Of a stretch of DNA of 64,000 bases, positions 15,601-24,526 are shown in pieces. Below the pieces are notes generated by a model that searched no databases, was not told the origin of the DNA, and was given only the letters and a program-made list of their open reading frames with translations. The stretch covers positions 3,472 through 67,471 of the forward strand of contig CANQPW010000002.1 in the NCBI GenBank assembly GCA_947625855.1. Direction: 5' to 3'. A program made the position numbers and the translations under genes. The stretch's first letter is position 1, and each line of letters starts with the position of its first letter. Origin of the DNA: an uncultured Clostridia bacterium. Its GTDB lineage: Bacteria > Bacillota > Clostridia > TANB77 > CAG-465.

Positions 15601-18362
15601 TTTTTTGCTTCATTTATTTCTACTAATAATTTTTCTCTTTCTGGATGATATTCACCAGTTGCTTCATCTACTTCATTTACTTTAGCTTCTAAAGCTTCTA
15701 TATCTGATAATAATACATCACTTCTTAATTTTACATGCATTTGATCTTCATACAATGCATTTATTTTATCTTCTAAATCATCATAATAGTAGAAATTAAT
15801 TTCTGCTATTGTTATTTTATTATTACCCATATCTGCCCTACCAACATTAACAGATATCTTTTTAGCATTTATTGGATTTGGTAATTTAATAACTGTATAA
15901 TTATGTCCATCTTTATCTTGTCTTGTATATACTTGAGATGCTCTTGATTCTCCTCTTTTACCATTATTGTCATAATATACAATATTTGCAAAATTTAAAG
16001 ATCCAGTCCACTCAGCTTGTGCTACTGTAATATAATCAATTTTATACTCATTATCAAATTCTACTGTTGGTCCTTTTTCTCCTGTATACCATCCACCTAA
16101 ATCCCAGTCATTTACTTGGAAGAATGAGAAGTAACTATTATCAACAATACCTTGAGCTGTTTCTTGACCTTCATCTAAAGGACTGTCTACCATAAATCTC
16201 TTAGCACCATCTTTATTAAATTTAACATTTAATATATGATCTGTTAATACTCCATCACCTTTTGATGTATTTATTAAATTACGTTTTGGCATATCTACTG
16301 GTAAAACTGCTGTTGTTTCAGCTGTACCTATATTAGATTGTGGACTTGAGCCATGATCATTTTTAGCTATTACATATGCTTGATATTTTGTTTTCTCTTT
16401 TAAATTACTAATTCTATATGAACCACTTGTTACATTATCTGCAGCAAGTATAAATTCTCCAGTTTCTTTTTCTCTGTACCAAACTTCATAAGTATCTGCT
16501 CTAGGATCTAAATCCCAAGAAACAATTACTTCTTTATATGCACCAACAACAGATACACCTGTTGGTTTATTAGGTACACCATTAGCAGTTGGTATAGCTA
16601 CAACTGGTGGTTCACTATAACCGCTAAACCATTCTCCATTTACTGAACGAACACTAATTTGATATTCAGTTGGATTTCCATTTGTTTTTAATAAATCTTT
16701 TATTGCTTTTCCGTTGAAGTTCTCAATTGTTAACATATGACCATCTACAAGATGAGTTTCTGATACACCGTTTGAAATAATTAATACTTCATATCCTGTT
16801 ACATTTGGAACATAATTCCAAGAAATTGTAATTTGTTCTTCTGTAACATCTGCTGTTACACCACTTGGAATACTTAATTCTGGTTCAGGAATTTTATCAC
16901 TCATTCCATTTAAGAATTCAACTTTTGCTATATCAGCTAATTTATTGCTTTTTGTTCCTGTTACTTTTATTGTTATTTTCTTTACAGCTACTTTACTACC
17001 TAAATTAACAACAATAGTACCATCAGCATTAAAGTTAACAACACCTTCTGGTGCAACTTCACTTGCTACATTTGCCATTGTAGCTAATCTATATGCAGCT
17101 GCTATATTATATCTATTTGATATAGCTTTAGCAACTGGTTGTTCTTCTTCTGTTTTATTTATAACACATTCTATTTCTTTTTCTTCGCCATCTACTATAC
17201 CAGTAACAATAATTGTTCCTTTTTCTATATTATTTTCAGGATGTATAGATGGAGCTATTGTAATTACTTCTGTTGGAACTTCTTGATTTTCCATATTTAA
17301 TGAAATTTCAACAGGATGTTCATCACTTATATCTTCACCACCTGCAGGTTGCAAAGTAACATAATTTTCATTATTTCTTAATATATCTTCTACTGTTGCT
17401 TCACCAACTAATACTGTTTCCTCTGGTACATCTATTTCTGTTTCCTCTATTACAATATTAGCTATATATGATGGCAAAGCACCAATAAATGTTCCGTTTT
17501 TGTTAATTGCTGCATATGATAAATCAACTATATCTACAAATCCATCCCCATTAAAGTCATATAAATAAGAGTCATTATTAGATTTTTCTTCTATCTTTTC
17601 TATTAATGCATTTACATCAATATCATCAACTGATTCATCATTATTAACATCACCAACTTGAACAATACCATATTTATCTCTTACATTGTTATCATTTAAG
17701 TTTAACATATCATAACCATTTGTAAAACTTAATTCAGTTGTTGTATGTTCTTTAATTATAATTTCTTTTTGACTATATAATACATAACCTTTACCAGAAA
17801 CAGTTAAAATATATTCACCTGGTTCTAGTTCTGTAAAAGTATAATAAAGTTTTGTGTCATTTCCTTCACCTTTAGAAAATACTGGAGCAAACTTTACACT
17901 TTCATTTCCTTTTTTTACAAGATAAACATTTAAATTTGCTTCTTTTTGTGGAAATCTTAAATCAATATTAATATATAATTTTCCACTTTTTGATGCATCA
18001 GACATTTCTAATTCATTTTCAGATACTGACATGATTGATACTGGTATTTGTTCTTCAAATTCTTCCGGCTCAACACTACTAGTATCATCATTTTCATTTA
18101 TTTCTTCATTTTCTGCATCAACATTTTCATATACTATGTTATCATCACCTGTAACAGTATTAGATGTTTCAATATCACTAATTTCTTCTTCAGCGTCTTT
18201 TATTTCTTCATATACCTCATTGTTTTCAGTGATTTCTTCTACTACTTGTTGTGTTTGATTTCCATCATCAGTCATCACAGCTGCTACAAGTACAGACATA
18301 TCCTGAAACATCATTGTAAATATAATACTAATTACAACAATAAGCTTTAGTGTTTTTCTCAT
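12678..18362 (-). CDS. Secreted 1894-aa multidomain M60-like (enhancin-type) zinc metallopeptidase with dockerin, FN3 and discoidin-like modules
   Basis: Signal peptide. Dockerin double Ca-loop GDVNNDESVDDIDVNALI...YDFNGDGFVDIVDLSYA (nt 17502-17654). FN3-like PSGVTADVTEEQITISWNYVPNVTGYEV. Zincin motif WGIAHEIGHVINQ (HEIGH at nt 14576-14590) with downstream GEVTNNF. Confidence 0.8.
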   Translation of the reverse strand: MRKTLKLIVVISIIFTMMFQDMSVLVAAVMTDDGNQTQQVVEEITENNEVYEEIKDAEEEISDIETSNTVTGDDNIVYENVDAENEEINENDDTSSVEPEEFEEQIPVSIMSVSENELEMSDASKSGKLYINIDLRFPQKEANLNVYLVKKGNESVKFAPVFSKGEGNDTKLYYTFTELEPGEYILTVSGKGYVLYSQKEIIIKEHTTTELSFTNGYDMLNLNDNNVRDKYGIVQVGDVNNDESVDDIDVNALIEKIEEKSNNDSYLYDFNGDGFVDIVDLSYAAINKNGTFIGALPSYIANIVIEETEIDVPEETVLVGEATVEDILRNNENYVTLQPAGGEDISDEHPVEISLNMENQEVPTEVITIAPSIHPENNIEKGTIIVTGIVDGEEKEIECVINKTEEEQPVAKAISNRYNIAAAYRLATMANVASEVAPEGVVNFNADGTIVVNLGSKVAVKKITIKVTGTKSNKLADIAKVEFLNGMSDKIPEPELSIPSGVTADVTEEQITISWNYVPNVTGYEVLIISNGVSETHLVDGHMLTIENFNGKAIKDLLKTNGNPTEYQISVRSVNGEWFSGYSEPPVVAIPTANGVPNKPTGVSVVGAYKEVIVSWDLDPRADTYEVWYREKETGEFILAADNVTSGSYRISNLKEKTKYQAYVIAKNDHGSSPQSNIGTAETTAVLPVDMPKRNLINTSKGDGVLTDHILNVKFNKDGAKRFMVDSPLDEGQETAQGIVDNSYFSFFQVNDWDLGGWYTGEKGPTVEFDNEYKIDYITVAQAEWTGSLNFANIVYYDNNGKRGESRASQVYTRQDKDGHNYTVIKLPNPINAKKISVNVGRADMGNNKITIAEINFYYYDDLEDKINALYEDQMHVKLRSDVLLSDIEALEAKVNEVDEATGEYHPEREKLLVEINEAKNLYVNGSKMCNTIKIDDAVTAFYDNHIEFKNSGMNAWQPLGVVAHAGDTVTIYVGNEYKDVGQSTNLQLIATQYHGYASNWQTVLVKNLKVGKNVVTIPELFKFDVEKGGSLYINYTGLKDDDPFKSFEKYYGVRVEGGHEIPVLDLTKVENTEDAKMSAITEYIENVEDLMTTIADSHDDICVKAGESYGEAKYGTIGSENNETNCILGATEIVMDHIMYSVSAKQILAGLGNGNTADKAKKLYDSIEAMDDMIDLFYANKGLSESAKDAGSKNIYPRSRLNIRYMRMSGRAFMYAGGAHIGIEWPEVQLLSQGNPIVTDEFGKYESGNYFGWGIAHEIGHVINQQAYVHGEVTNNFFSVLAQAEDTNDSVRFSYPEVYKKVTSGKVGKAQNVFTQLGLYWQFHLAYDMNGYNFKKYDTYKQTLDSYVFARMDTYARDTSKAPKAEVDGVALTLTANDKDNNLMRLACAATQKNVLEFFRRWGMVPDEDTIKYASQWPDENRAIYYINDEARAYVLSGGEGMLDDTKVEATRSLGVNTNQVVITFGNNHMSENKDAILGYEIVRTYMSNDEEKSDTVAFVTADGTEEKLTYTDTIDTLNNRVFTYKITAYDKHLEKTEQYVLDPIKVSHDGTLGGKEDWVVETNLTSDSDKWVEEDPKYKADDAEILQKGIDDLIDGNYKTDYVGNKPEDEDGEIIITLEGAKRLVGFKYTSSAKKTLENYEVQVSIDGTEWTTVKSVSTGIAQKISNILSNGFDENNTQTVYFNKDGDDKLYMYDTVYVKFIIKDKEISISEIDLLGQTGDNVDLLEDAIGILDEELTLGKSDVSGNTVVIPEGSIIFTGIYKGNPAYNALKLWDQDNNLIPGVQTFYADPVEDGGELGEVVGGIWIYWIEPTIIVDENGEQIDDPEKGNEIENPIYKQFTDKTIKTVRAELYRVDNALTLENERLTSDTYRIKVPEELPSIHLNSNADIVK

Positions 18363-18681
18363 AAATCTACCTTCCTTTCATTTTCATTTATATAGTTTAA
18401 CTTAATATATGCTCCAAATATACTAGTCAACTATATTTTATAAAGTTTGTAACATTTTAGTAACCTTATTTTAATATTTGCTTAATATTTACCTTTGCTG
18501 TTATATTATATCATTAAAAGAAAGCTTAGTCAATGATTTTTTAACATAATAGTGTTAAATTTTGAAATCTTGTATTTTGCAATATGATTTATTTATAAGG
18601 TAACATAAGTTACATAATCATTTACCAATATTTGAAAAAAAATAAAGATATCCCAAACGTCTTACCATTTAGGGAATATCT

Positions 18682-19701
18682 TTATATTAATATATCTTTC
18701 AAACTTTCTGCATATTTATATAAGCTTTCATAATCTTTATTTTTTATCATATTTCCGACTGTTTTTATATAAATATTAGTATCTGGAAATTCTACATCTT
18801 GTATCAACTTAGTAACATCTTTATCATATAACATCTGTTTTAATTTATCTAAAGACCACTTAAATTCATCATCTTTTTGTAATGACCTTATTGTATATTT
18901 TACTATCATAGTGGAATATATATAATTTACCTGCTTATATATTTTACTTTCAAACTTGTTTTCATCTAAAAATTTATTAACTAATTTTACAACCTTTAAA
19001 GTATCTTTAAAATTTCTTACTAATTTATCTCTACTTTTACTACTACTAGTATAGTGTAATACATAGTGATATGCATGATAATCATAAAAATATATATTAT
19101 CAACAGAAGATAGAACACCTAAATAGAAAAGCAAATCTTCCATCATATGTACTTCTTCGTTAAATTTTCCAACTTTTTTTATTATTTCTGATTTTAATAT
19201 CAGAAGGCTAGAATATGCTTCTATTTTATTTTCAAAAATGTATGGAATTACTTTTTCTTTTATTTCATTCTTATCTATAATTTTGTCTTTTAAGTCTAAC
19301 ATATCACCTTTTTTTAGTATACTTCCATCTTCTTCTTCTTTTATATAATTGTATCTTATAGCATCTGTATTTTTTTCTTTTATTTTCTTATATATTTTTT
19401 CATATGTATCAATTTCGATATAATCATCTGCATCTATAAAAGTAGTATATTTGCCAGTAACATATCCTATTCCAGTATTTCTTGCACTGCTAACACCTTT
19501 ATTTTGTGTATTAATTAAAATTATTCTTTTATCTTTTTTTATACATTTTTCTATTATATTTTTTGTATTATCAATTGAGCCATCATTTACTATAATTATT
19601 TCTAAATTTTTATAAGTCTGTTTATATAATATATCAAGTAACTTTTCTATAAATTGTTGTGCATTATATACAGGAATAACAATTGATATTTTGTCATCCA
19701 T
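18682..19701 (-). CDS. Family 2 glycosyltransferase
   Basis: ISIVIPVYNAQQFIEKLLDILYKQTYKNLEIIIVNDGSIDNT and the DADD motif region. Confidence 0.85.
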   Translation of the reverse strand: MDDKISIVIPVYNAQQFIEKLLDILYKQTYKNLEIIIVNDGSIDNTKNIIEKCIKKDKRIILINTQNKGVSSARNTGIGYVTGKYTTFIDADDYIEIDTYEKIYKKIKEKNTDAIRYNYIKEEEDGSILKKGDMLDLKDKIIDKNEIKEKVIPYIFENKIEAYSSLLILKSEIIKKVGKFNEEVHMMEDLLFYLGVLSSVDNIYFYDYHAYHYVLHYTSSSKSRDKLVRNFKDTLKVVKLVNKFLDENKFESKIYKQVNYIYSTMIVKYTIRSLQKDDEFKWSLDKLKQMLYDKDVTKLIQDVEFPDTNIYIKTVGNMIKNKDYESLYKYAESLKDILI

Positions 19702-21840
19702 TTAATATTTCTTCCTTTCATCTTTACTTTCAAGTACACTATGCACTAATAAATATCTTTCAGCAAGTCCAACTTTTTTACACACTCTTTTATCTATTTT
19801 ACTACCACTTCTTATAAGCTTTGTAAATTCTCTATCAAGATTTTCTACCATTTTATCAATAGTAAATTTGGCAAGTATTTTATTTCTGCAAATATCTTTT
19901 ACTTCTTCTTTTTTATATTCATCAAAAATCTCTAGTATTGCCATTGTATATTCTTCAAGTTCCTCATCAGAATAATTAAAATCAAATTGTTCATCAGGTG
20001 TTTGATAAGGTTTAACTAGTACACCACAATCAGATCCTATTAATTCAGATTGTCCACCAACATCAGAAGATACAATAGGTACTCCCATAGACAAAGATTC
20101 ATAAGTTGTAAGTGTAAGTCCTTCTCTTAAAGAACAAATTAAAGTTACATCTGCAATTTTATAAAATGGTCTTACATCTTGTTGCATGCCAAAACATGTA
20201 ACATACTTTTGCATATCATTTTGTACAATATATTTTTTTACATCTTCTAATGCTGCTCCATCACCAACTATTGCAAGTCTTACATCATCTCTTATCATTG
20301 ATATCTTCTTCATTATATTTATAGCAAATAATGGTCTTTTATAATGCACTATTCTGCTAGGAAATAATATTACTTTCTTTCCAGCATACATTTTTTGTAA
20401 TTCATCATCCATTTCATGTTTTATATTTGCATCATAAAATGATGTATCTGTACCGATATACACAGGTTTTACATTTCTTACATTTCTTTTCATAGTCTTA
20501 TACATTACATCTTTTAAATGCGCAGTACAAGTATATGTTGCATCTAAATAATCTGCAACAGCATTAGAGTCTTTTGGAAATCCACCATTTCTTAATGTCC
20601 AATTTTCTGCATGAATATAATCAACAAATGGTACATCTTTAAAATGACATTTTAGCCAAGGTAAAGCATAATAGCCATAATAACTATTACTTAAAAATAC
20701 TAATTTTATCCTTCTACTTCTTATAATATACTCAATAAATGAAGCCCAATCTTTTCTTTTTAAGAAACTAGTTAAATCAAAATATTCATCTACATACTGT
20801 TCTATTCCTTGTCTGAGAGCATAATCACATTTTTGTGTTGTTATAACACTTATTTCATAATTTTTTTGTCTTAATCCTTTGATTAGATTTAAGTTAAAAA
20901 TATCTGCTCCACCAACTACTGACCATGGTAATATGAAAAGTATTCTTTTAGTTTCATCATTTGGAACAATACTTTTCTTCTTTAAATCAATCTTTTCAGG
21001 TACATTTTTATAATCTACTTCATAGCTATCATCAAATTGAATTATCTCAGTTTTTGAATCAATTTTACTAGCTAAATCTTTTACTATATCCTCAGCATTT
21101 TCACAATTATTTTTCTTTTCTTTCTTTACTTCACTTTTTAGATTTCTATGCCAAAATCCATAAAAACCCATCTTTAATGGAATATATTTCTTTGATAGAA
21201 AATTTAACCATAAATACCAATCTTCATATGAATCACATTTAAGTTTTCCATATTCCTCTAAAAATTTATCCTTTCTAATGAAAGCTCCAGAAGATATAAT
21301 ATTTTTTCTTTTTTCTTCTGATATACTTAATTTGGTATTATTTAACTGTTCTTTTATTCCAAATTCTACTATTCTAGAATATGAAAATGTAGCTTCGTTA
21401 TTAAACATCATTGTAAAATAACCACATTCAAGCATTGTTTTATCAATTAAATTATTTTCATCTAAAATAAACAATAACTCAGTATTAGAACTGCTTGCAG
21501 CTAAAATTTTTGCTTCAGCTATGTTCTCATATTCTTTTTCAATTATTTTTATTCTTTTATCACTTTTTGATTTTTCTTTCAAAAAAGGTATTACCTTATC
21601 TATAACTATTATCCATTCCCAATATGGAAACGTTTGATTTCTTAATGAATTATATGTTTGATTTATATAATCAATATTGCTATTTTCATTATATACTGTT
21701 ATTACACTAATAAGCGGTGCCGACGAATTAATACTTATTCTTTTTGAATCTTCTTTACCAGGTTCAAAAGCAAAATTAAAATATTTCATTTCATCGATTG
21801 TTTTTGGTTTACGTGCCATTTTACGCCTCCTACTATACAT
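19702..21840 (-). CDS. Bifunctional glycosyltransferase (GT2-like N-terminal half plus GT4/GT1-type C-terminal half)
   Basis: N-terminus ISVITVYNE...LRNQTFPYWEWIIVID. C-terminus PWSVVGGADIFNL..., EGLTLTTYESLSMGVPIVSSDVGG (E..G....EA.a.G.PvV). Confidence 0.75.
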   Translation of the reverse strand: MYSRRRKMARKPKTIDEMKYFNFAFEPGKEDSKRISINSSAPLISVITVYNENSNIDYINQTYNSLRNQTFPYWEWIIVIDKVIPFLKEKSKSDKRIKIIEKEYENIAEAKILAASSSNTELLFILDENNLIDKTMLECGYFTMMFNNEATFSYSRIVEFGIKEQLNNTKLSISEEKRKNIISSGAFIRKDKFLEEYGKLKCDSYEDWYLWLNFLSKKYIPLKMGFYGFWHRNLKSEVKKEKKNNCENAEDIVKDLASKIDSKTEIIQFDDSYEVDYKNVPEKIDLKKKSIVPNDETKRILFILPWSVVGGADIFNLNLIKGLRQKNYEISVITTQKCDYALRQGIEQYVDEYFDLTSFLKRKDWASFIEYIIRSRRIKLVFLSNSYYGYYALPWLKCHFKDVPFVDYIHAENWTLRNGGFPKDSNAVADYLDATYTCTAHLKDVMYKTMKRNVRNVKPVYIGTDTSFYDANIKHEMDDELQKMYAGKKVILFPSRIVHYKRPLFAINIMKKISMIRDDVRLAIVGDGAALEDVKKYIVQNDMQKYVTCFGMQQDVRPFYKIADVTLICSLREGLTLTTYESLSMGVPIVSSDVGGQSELIGSDCGVLVKPYQTPDEQFDFNYSDEELEEYTMAILEIFDEYKKEEVKDICRNKILAKFTIDKMVENLDREFTKLIRSGSKIDKRVCKKVGLAERYLLVHSVLESKDERKKY

Positions 21841-21916
21841 ATCAAAATGATTATACCATTATATTACATAAAAGTCAATTTATTTTTTTTAGACAAGCTA
21901 TCTCCCTTTTTTAGCC

Positions 21917-22131
21917 AAAAAAATCCATATCAAGTTATAACTTGACATGGTCCTTTTCGCATATAATAAGATAGAGTTAACAATAAATGATAAAACCCTT
22001 TGTGTAAAGGTGGGTATCTTGTCATAATCATTAGGATTCTCAAATTAATGAGCATTCAACACAGATTATACTATTCCTGATTCCCGATTAAATGCTTGTA
22101 GATTTTCATATGAATTGTTATTCTCTATCTA
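21917..22131 (-). ncRNA. Structured sRNA candidate (rod-like, 6S-RNA-like), unclassified
   Basis: Own promoter TTTACT-17-TACAAT (22137-22165). The 5' end GAUAGAGAAUAACAAUUCAUAUGAAAA pairs with UUUUAUCAUUUAUUGUUAACUCUAUC about 110 nt downstream. Own terminator CCATGTCAAGT-TATA-ACTTGATATGG plus T7 (21917-21950). No ORF. Locally higher G+C. Confidence 0.45.
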
Positions 22132-22205
22132 CATATATTGTAACATTAATTTTCTATTAAGTAAAGAGAATTTATATATTTTACAAAAAATTCCAAAAAT
22201 TTTCA

Positions 22206-22853
22206 TTATTCGTTATTATTTTGGTGTTTTGGTTTAAGTTTCAATTTTCTTATTGGTCTTTTTCCATATTCTACTGCTTTATTCTGTAACTTAAATATTT
22301 CTTTTTGCCATTTTATTCTATATTCCTCAATCTTTTCTCTATCTATTTTTCCATCTTTAGTTGCATCACTTAAATTCATTTCATCCCCATAAACAACACG
22401 TGTCTTTCTAAATATTCTTGGTTGTTCAATAAATACAGGAATTATTGGTACATTAGCCTTTGCAGAAATATAGAAAGCACCAGGTTTTATTCTAGTAATT
22501 TTATTTTTATTTATATCAGAAATTGTCCCCTGAGGAAATAGCATAAAAATTTTATTTTCACCATCTGCAAAATAATTTATTGCACTAAGTAATTCAGCTC
22601 CACTATGTCTATCTCTATCTATCTTAACAACATTTAATTTTTCTAAAAAAATAGCAAATAGTTTATTTTTAAAGCATTCTTTTTTTGCAAGTATACGTAT
22701 ATTATTATTATTTACCCACATAATAGGTCCGTCTGCATCACTTACATGATTTGGGCATAAAATATATGACCCATTTGATAAGTCTTTTTTATCATATTCG
22801 CTAACTCTATAAAGTATTTTTGATATTATAAAATGTCCTAAACTTTTAATCAT
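22206..22853 (-). CDS. 1-acyl-sn-glycerol-3-phosphate acyltransferase family (LPLAT/PlsC-like)
   Basis: HxxxxD box CPNHVSDADGP, and FPQGT. Confidence 0.8.
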   Translation of the reverse strand: MIKSLGHFIISKILYRVSEYDKKDLSNGSYILCPNHVSDADGPIMWVNNNNIRILAKKECFKNKLFAIFLEKLNVVKIDRDRHSGAELLSAINYFADGENKIFMLFPQGTISDINKNKITRIKPGAFYISAKANVPIIPVFIEQPRIFRKTRVVYGDEMNLSDATKDGKIDREKIEEYRIKWQKEIFKLQNKAVEYGKRPIRKLKLKPKHQNNNE

Positions 22854-22872
22854 TTTTTACCTCTTTTTTCAT

Positions 22873-23124
22873 TTATAGTTTATTTATTTTAGAATCAATA
22901 TAATTTATTAAATCCTCTACGGTATAAATTGTTTCTACATCTTCATCTTCAATCTTAATATCAAATATATTTTCAAGTTTCATAATAAGCTCAACAAAAT
23001 CTAATGAATCAGCTCCTAAATCTTCTGCTATATTACTTTCCTCTTTTATATCGCTATCATCATCTAAACCTATTATATCAACTAAAAAATCTTTTACTTT
23101 TTCAAAGATTTCTTCTCTACCCAT
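22873..23124 (-). CDS. Acyl carrier protein (stand-alone, not in a fab cluster)
   Basis: [17 protein letters not shown] (phosphopantetheine DSL motif). Start moved to ATG 23124 behind GGGAGG. Confidence 0.8.
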   Translation of the reverse strand: MGREEIFEKVKDFLVDIIGLDDDSDIKEESNIAEDLGADSLDFVELIMKLENIFDIKIEDEDVETIYTVEDLINYIDSKINKL

Positions 23125-23270
23125 AATATAACCTCCCAATTTTAATAAAATCATATATATTATAATATACTTATTTTGTAAATACAATAAATAATATATT
23201 AAATATATTCAAATTTTATCCACTTAATAACAAAAATATATAATTTACATATTATATAATAATAAAGTAG

Positions 23271-23726
23271 GTGATTTTTTTGGGATTTGATGATAGAGAA
23301 CTCCTAGCAAGAATTATTATGTGTGAAGCTGGTGGGGAAGGTGATAATGGTATGAGAGCCGTAGCCACAGTTGTTATGAATCGTGTAAATGCAAGTACTG
23401 GCGAATATTTTAGAGTTTCTGCCGGTGGAAATATACGAAATATAATATTACAAAAAGGTCAGTTTAACTGTGCAACAGATACACTATCTGGTTCATACAA
23501 TCCACAAAATATATATAATATGAATCCAGAAGAAATACATTATCAAATTGCAGATTGGGCATTAAGCGGAAATAAATTAAATGAAGCAGGTATTAGTTTA
23601 TGGTTTATGAACCCATTTAGAATTTCATGTCCTAAAGAATTTCCATATAATGGAACTGGTACACTACACACAAGAATTGTTAATCATTGCTTTTACATAC
23701 CTACACCACTTTATGATAATACATAA
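23271..23726 (+). CDS. Cell-wall hydrolase of the SleB/CwlJ (Hydrolase_2) family
   Basis: LLARIIMCEAGGEGDNGMRAVATVVMNRV...GQF. Followed by a gerQ-like gene, as in the B. subtilis cwlJ-gerQ pair. The true start may be TTG 23280. Confidence 0.8.
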   Translation: MIFLGFDDRELLARIIMCEAGGEGDNGMRAVATVVMNRVNASTGEYFRVSAGGNIRNIILQKGQFNCATDTLSGSYNPQNIYNMNPEEIHYQIADWALSGNKLNEAGISLWFMNPFRISCPKEFPYNGTGTLHTRIVNHCFYIPTPLYDNT

Positions 23727-23744
23727 ATAGAAAGGATAGATTTT

Positions 23745-24074
23745 ATGTCAGAAGATTTAAACAATCAAACTCAGTTAAATAATAACACAACAACTCCATC
23801 TAATATGCCAGAAACTCTTACTAACTCTATTTATACCCCAGCATTTCTAAGAAATTATATAGGTAAACTTATGAAAGTAGAATTTTTAATAGGAAATAGT
23901 GGTTTACAAGATAGAATTGGAATTTTATTAGAGGTTGGAGCAAGCTACATAGTACTTCGTTCAGTACAAGATAATAATTTACTATATTGTGATATTTTTT
24001 CTATTAAATTTGTCACAATATCAAATAATTCCTTTGTTTATAACAACTTTCCATACGGATATCAGACTAAATAA
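23745..24074 (+). CDS. Spore coat protein GerQ-like
   Basis: N/Q/T-rich N-terminus, then FLRNYIGKLMKVEFLIG...GILLEVGASYIVLRS...LLYCDIFSIKFVTI, matching the GerQ C-terminal pattern. Synteny with the CwlJ-like gene. Confidence 0.6.
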   Translation: MSEDLNNQTQLNNNTTTPSNMPETLTNSIYTPAFLRNYIGKLMKVEFLIGNSGLQDRIGILLEVGASYIVLRSVQDNNLLYCDIFSIKFVTISNNSFVYNNFPYGYQTK

Positions 24075-24182
24075 GGCTTTTTTGACTTTCTGTACTTCTG
24101 TATGTGTTACTATAAACACACACTAATTGTTTATTTTTTGACTTTTTTAGTGTATATTATTAATGTATACGGAGGGATTTCA

Positions 24183-24503
24183 ATGAGTAATAATACAATT
24201 AATAAAAAGGCTTTTGGAAAAAGATTAAAAGAAGCTAGAGAAAAATGTGGACTTACCCAAGCTGAACTTGCAGAGGAAATTGGCGTTTCTCAAAATTTTC
24301 TTGGTGATATTGAAAGAGGAATAAAACTTCCTAGTTTAAATAAATTGATTTCATTATCTAATACTTTAAAATCAAGTCTTGATACTATGTTTGCAGAATC
24401 ACTTGACAATCAAATTTTAGAACCAGAAGAAATTTATTATACTAGCAAACAGTTATCTGTAATGAGAAATGTAATCAAAGCAATTAACGATAACTTTAAA
24501 TAG
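24183..24503 (+). CDS. XRE-family HTH transcriptional regulator
   Basis: FGKRLKEAREKCGLTQAELAEEIGVSQNFLGDIERG. Start placed at ATG 24183 behind GGAGGGA. Confidence 0.85.
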   Translation: MSNNTINKKAFGKRLKEAREKCGLTQAELAEEIGVSQNFLGDIERGIKLPSLNKLISLSNTLKSSLDTMFAESLDNQILEPEEIYYTSKQLSVMRNVIKAINDNFK

Positions 24504-24526
24504 AGGTATTCATTTTTTGAACACCT

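Noticed and set aside
21917-22131. Riboswitch/leader of the downstream glycosyltransferase operon
   Set aside because: I could not match any riboswitch core I know (c-di-GMP, SAM, TPP, T-box specifier/T-loop). The element has a full terminator followed by a separate sigma-A promoter for the downstream gene. It is kept as an unclassified sRNA, though a cis-regulatory role is not excluded.
23216-23224. DnaA-box-like TTATCCACT, a possible origin
   Set aside because: It is a single 8/9 match in a divergent promoter region, with no cluster of boxes, no dnaA/dnaN nearby and no AT-rich unwinding arrangement specific to it.
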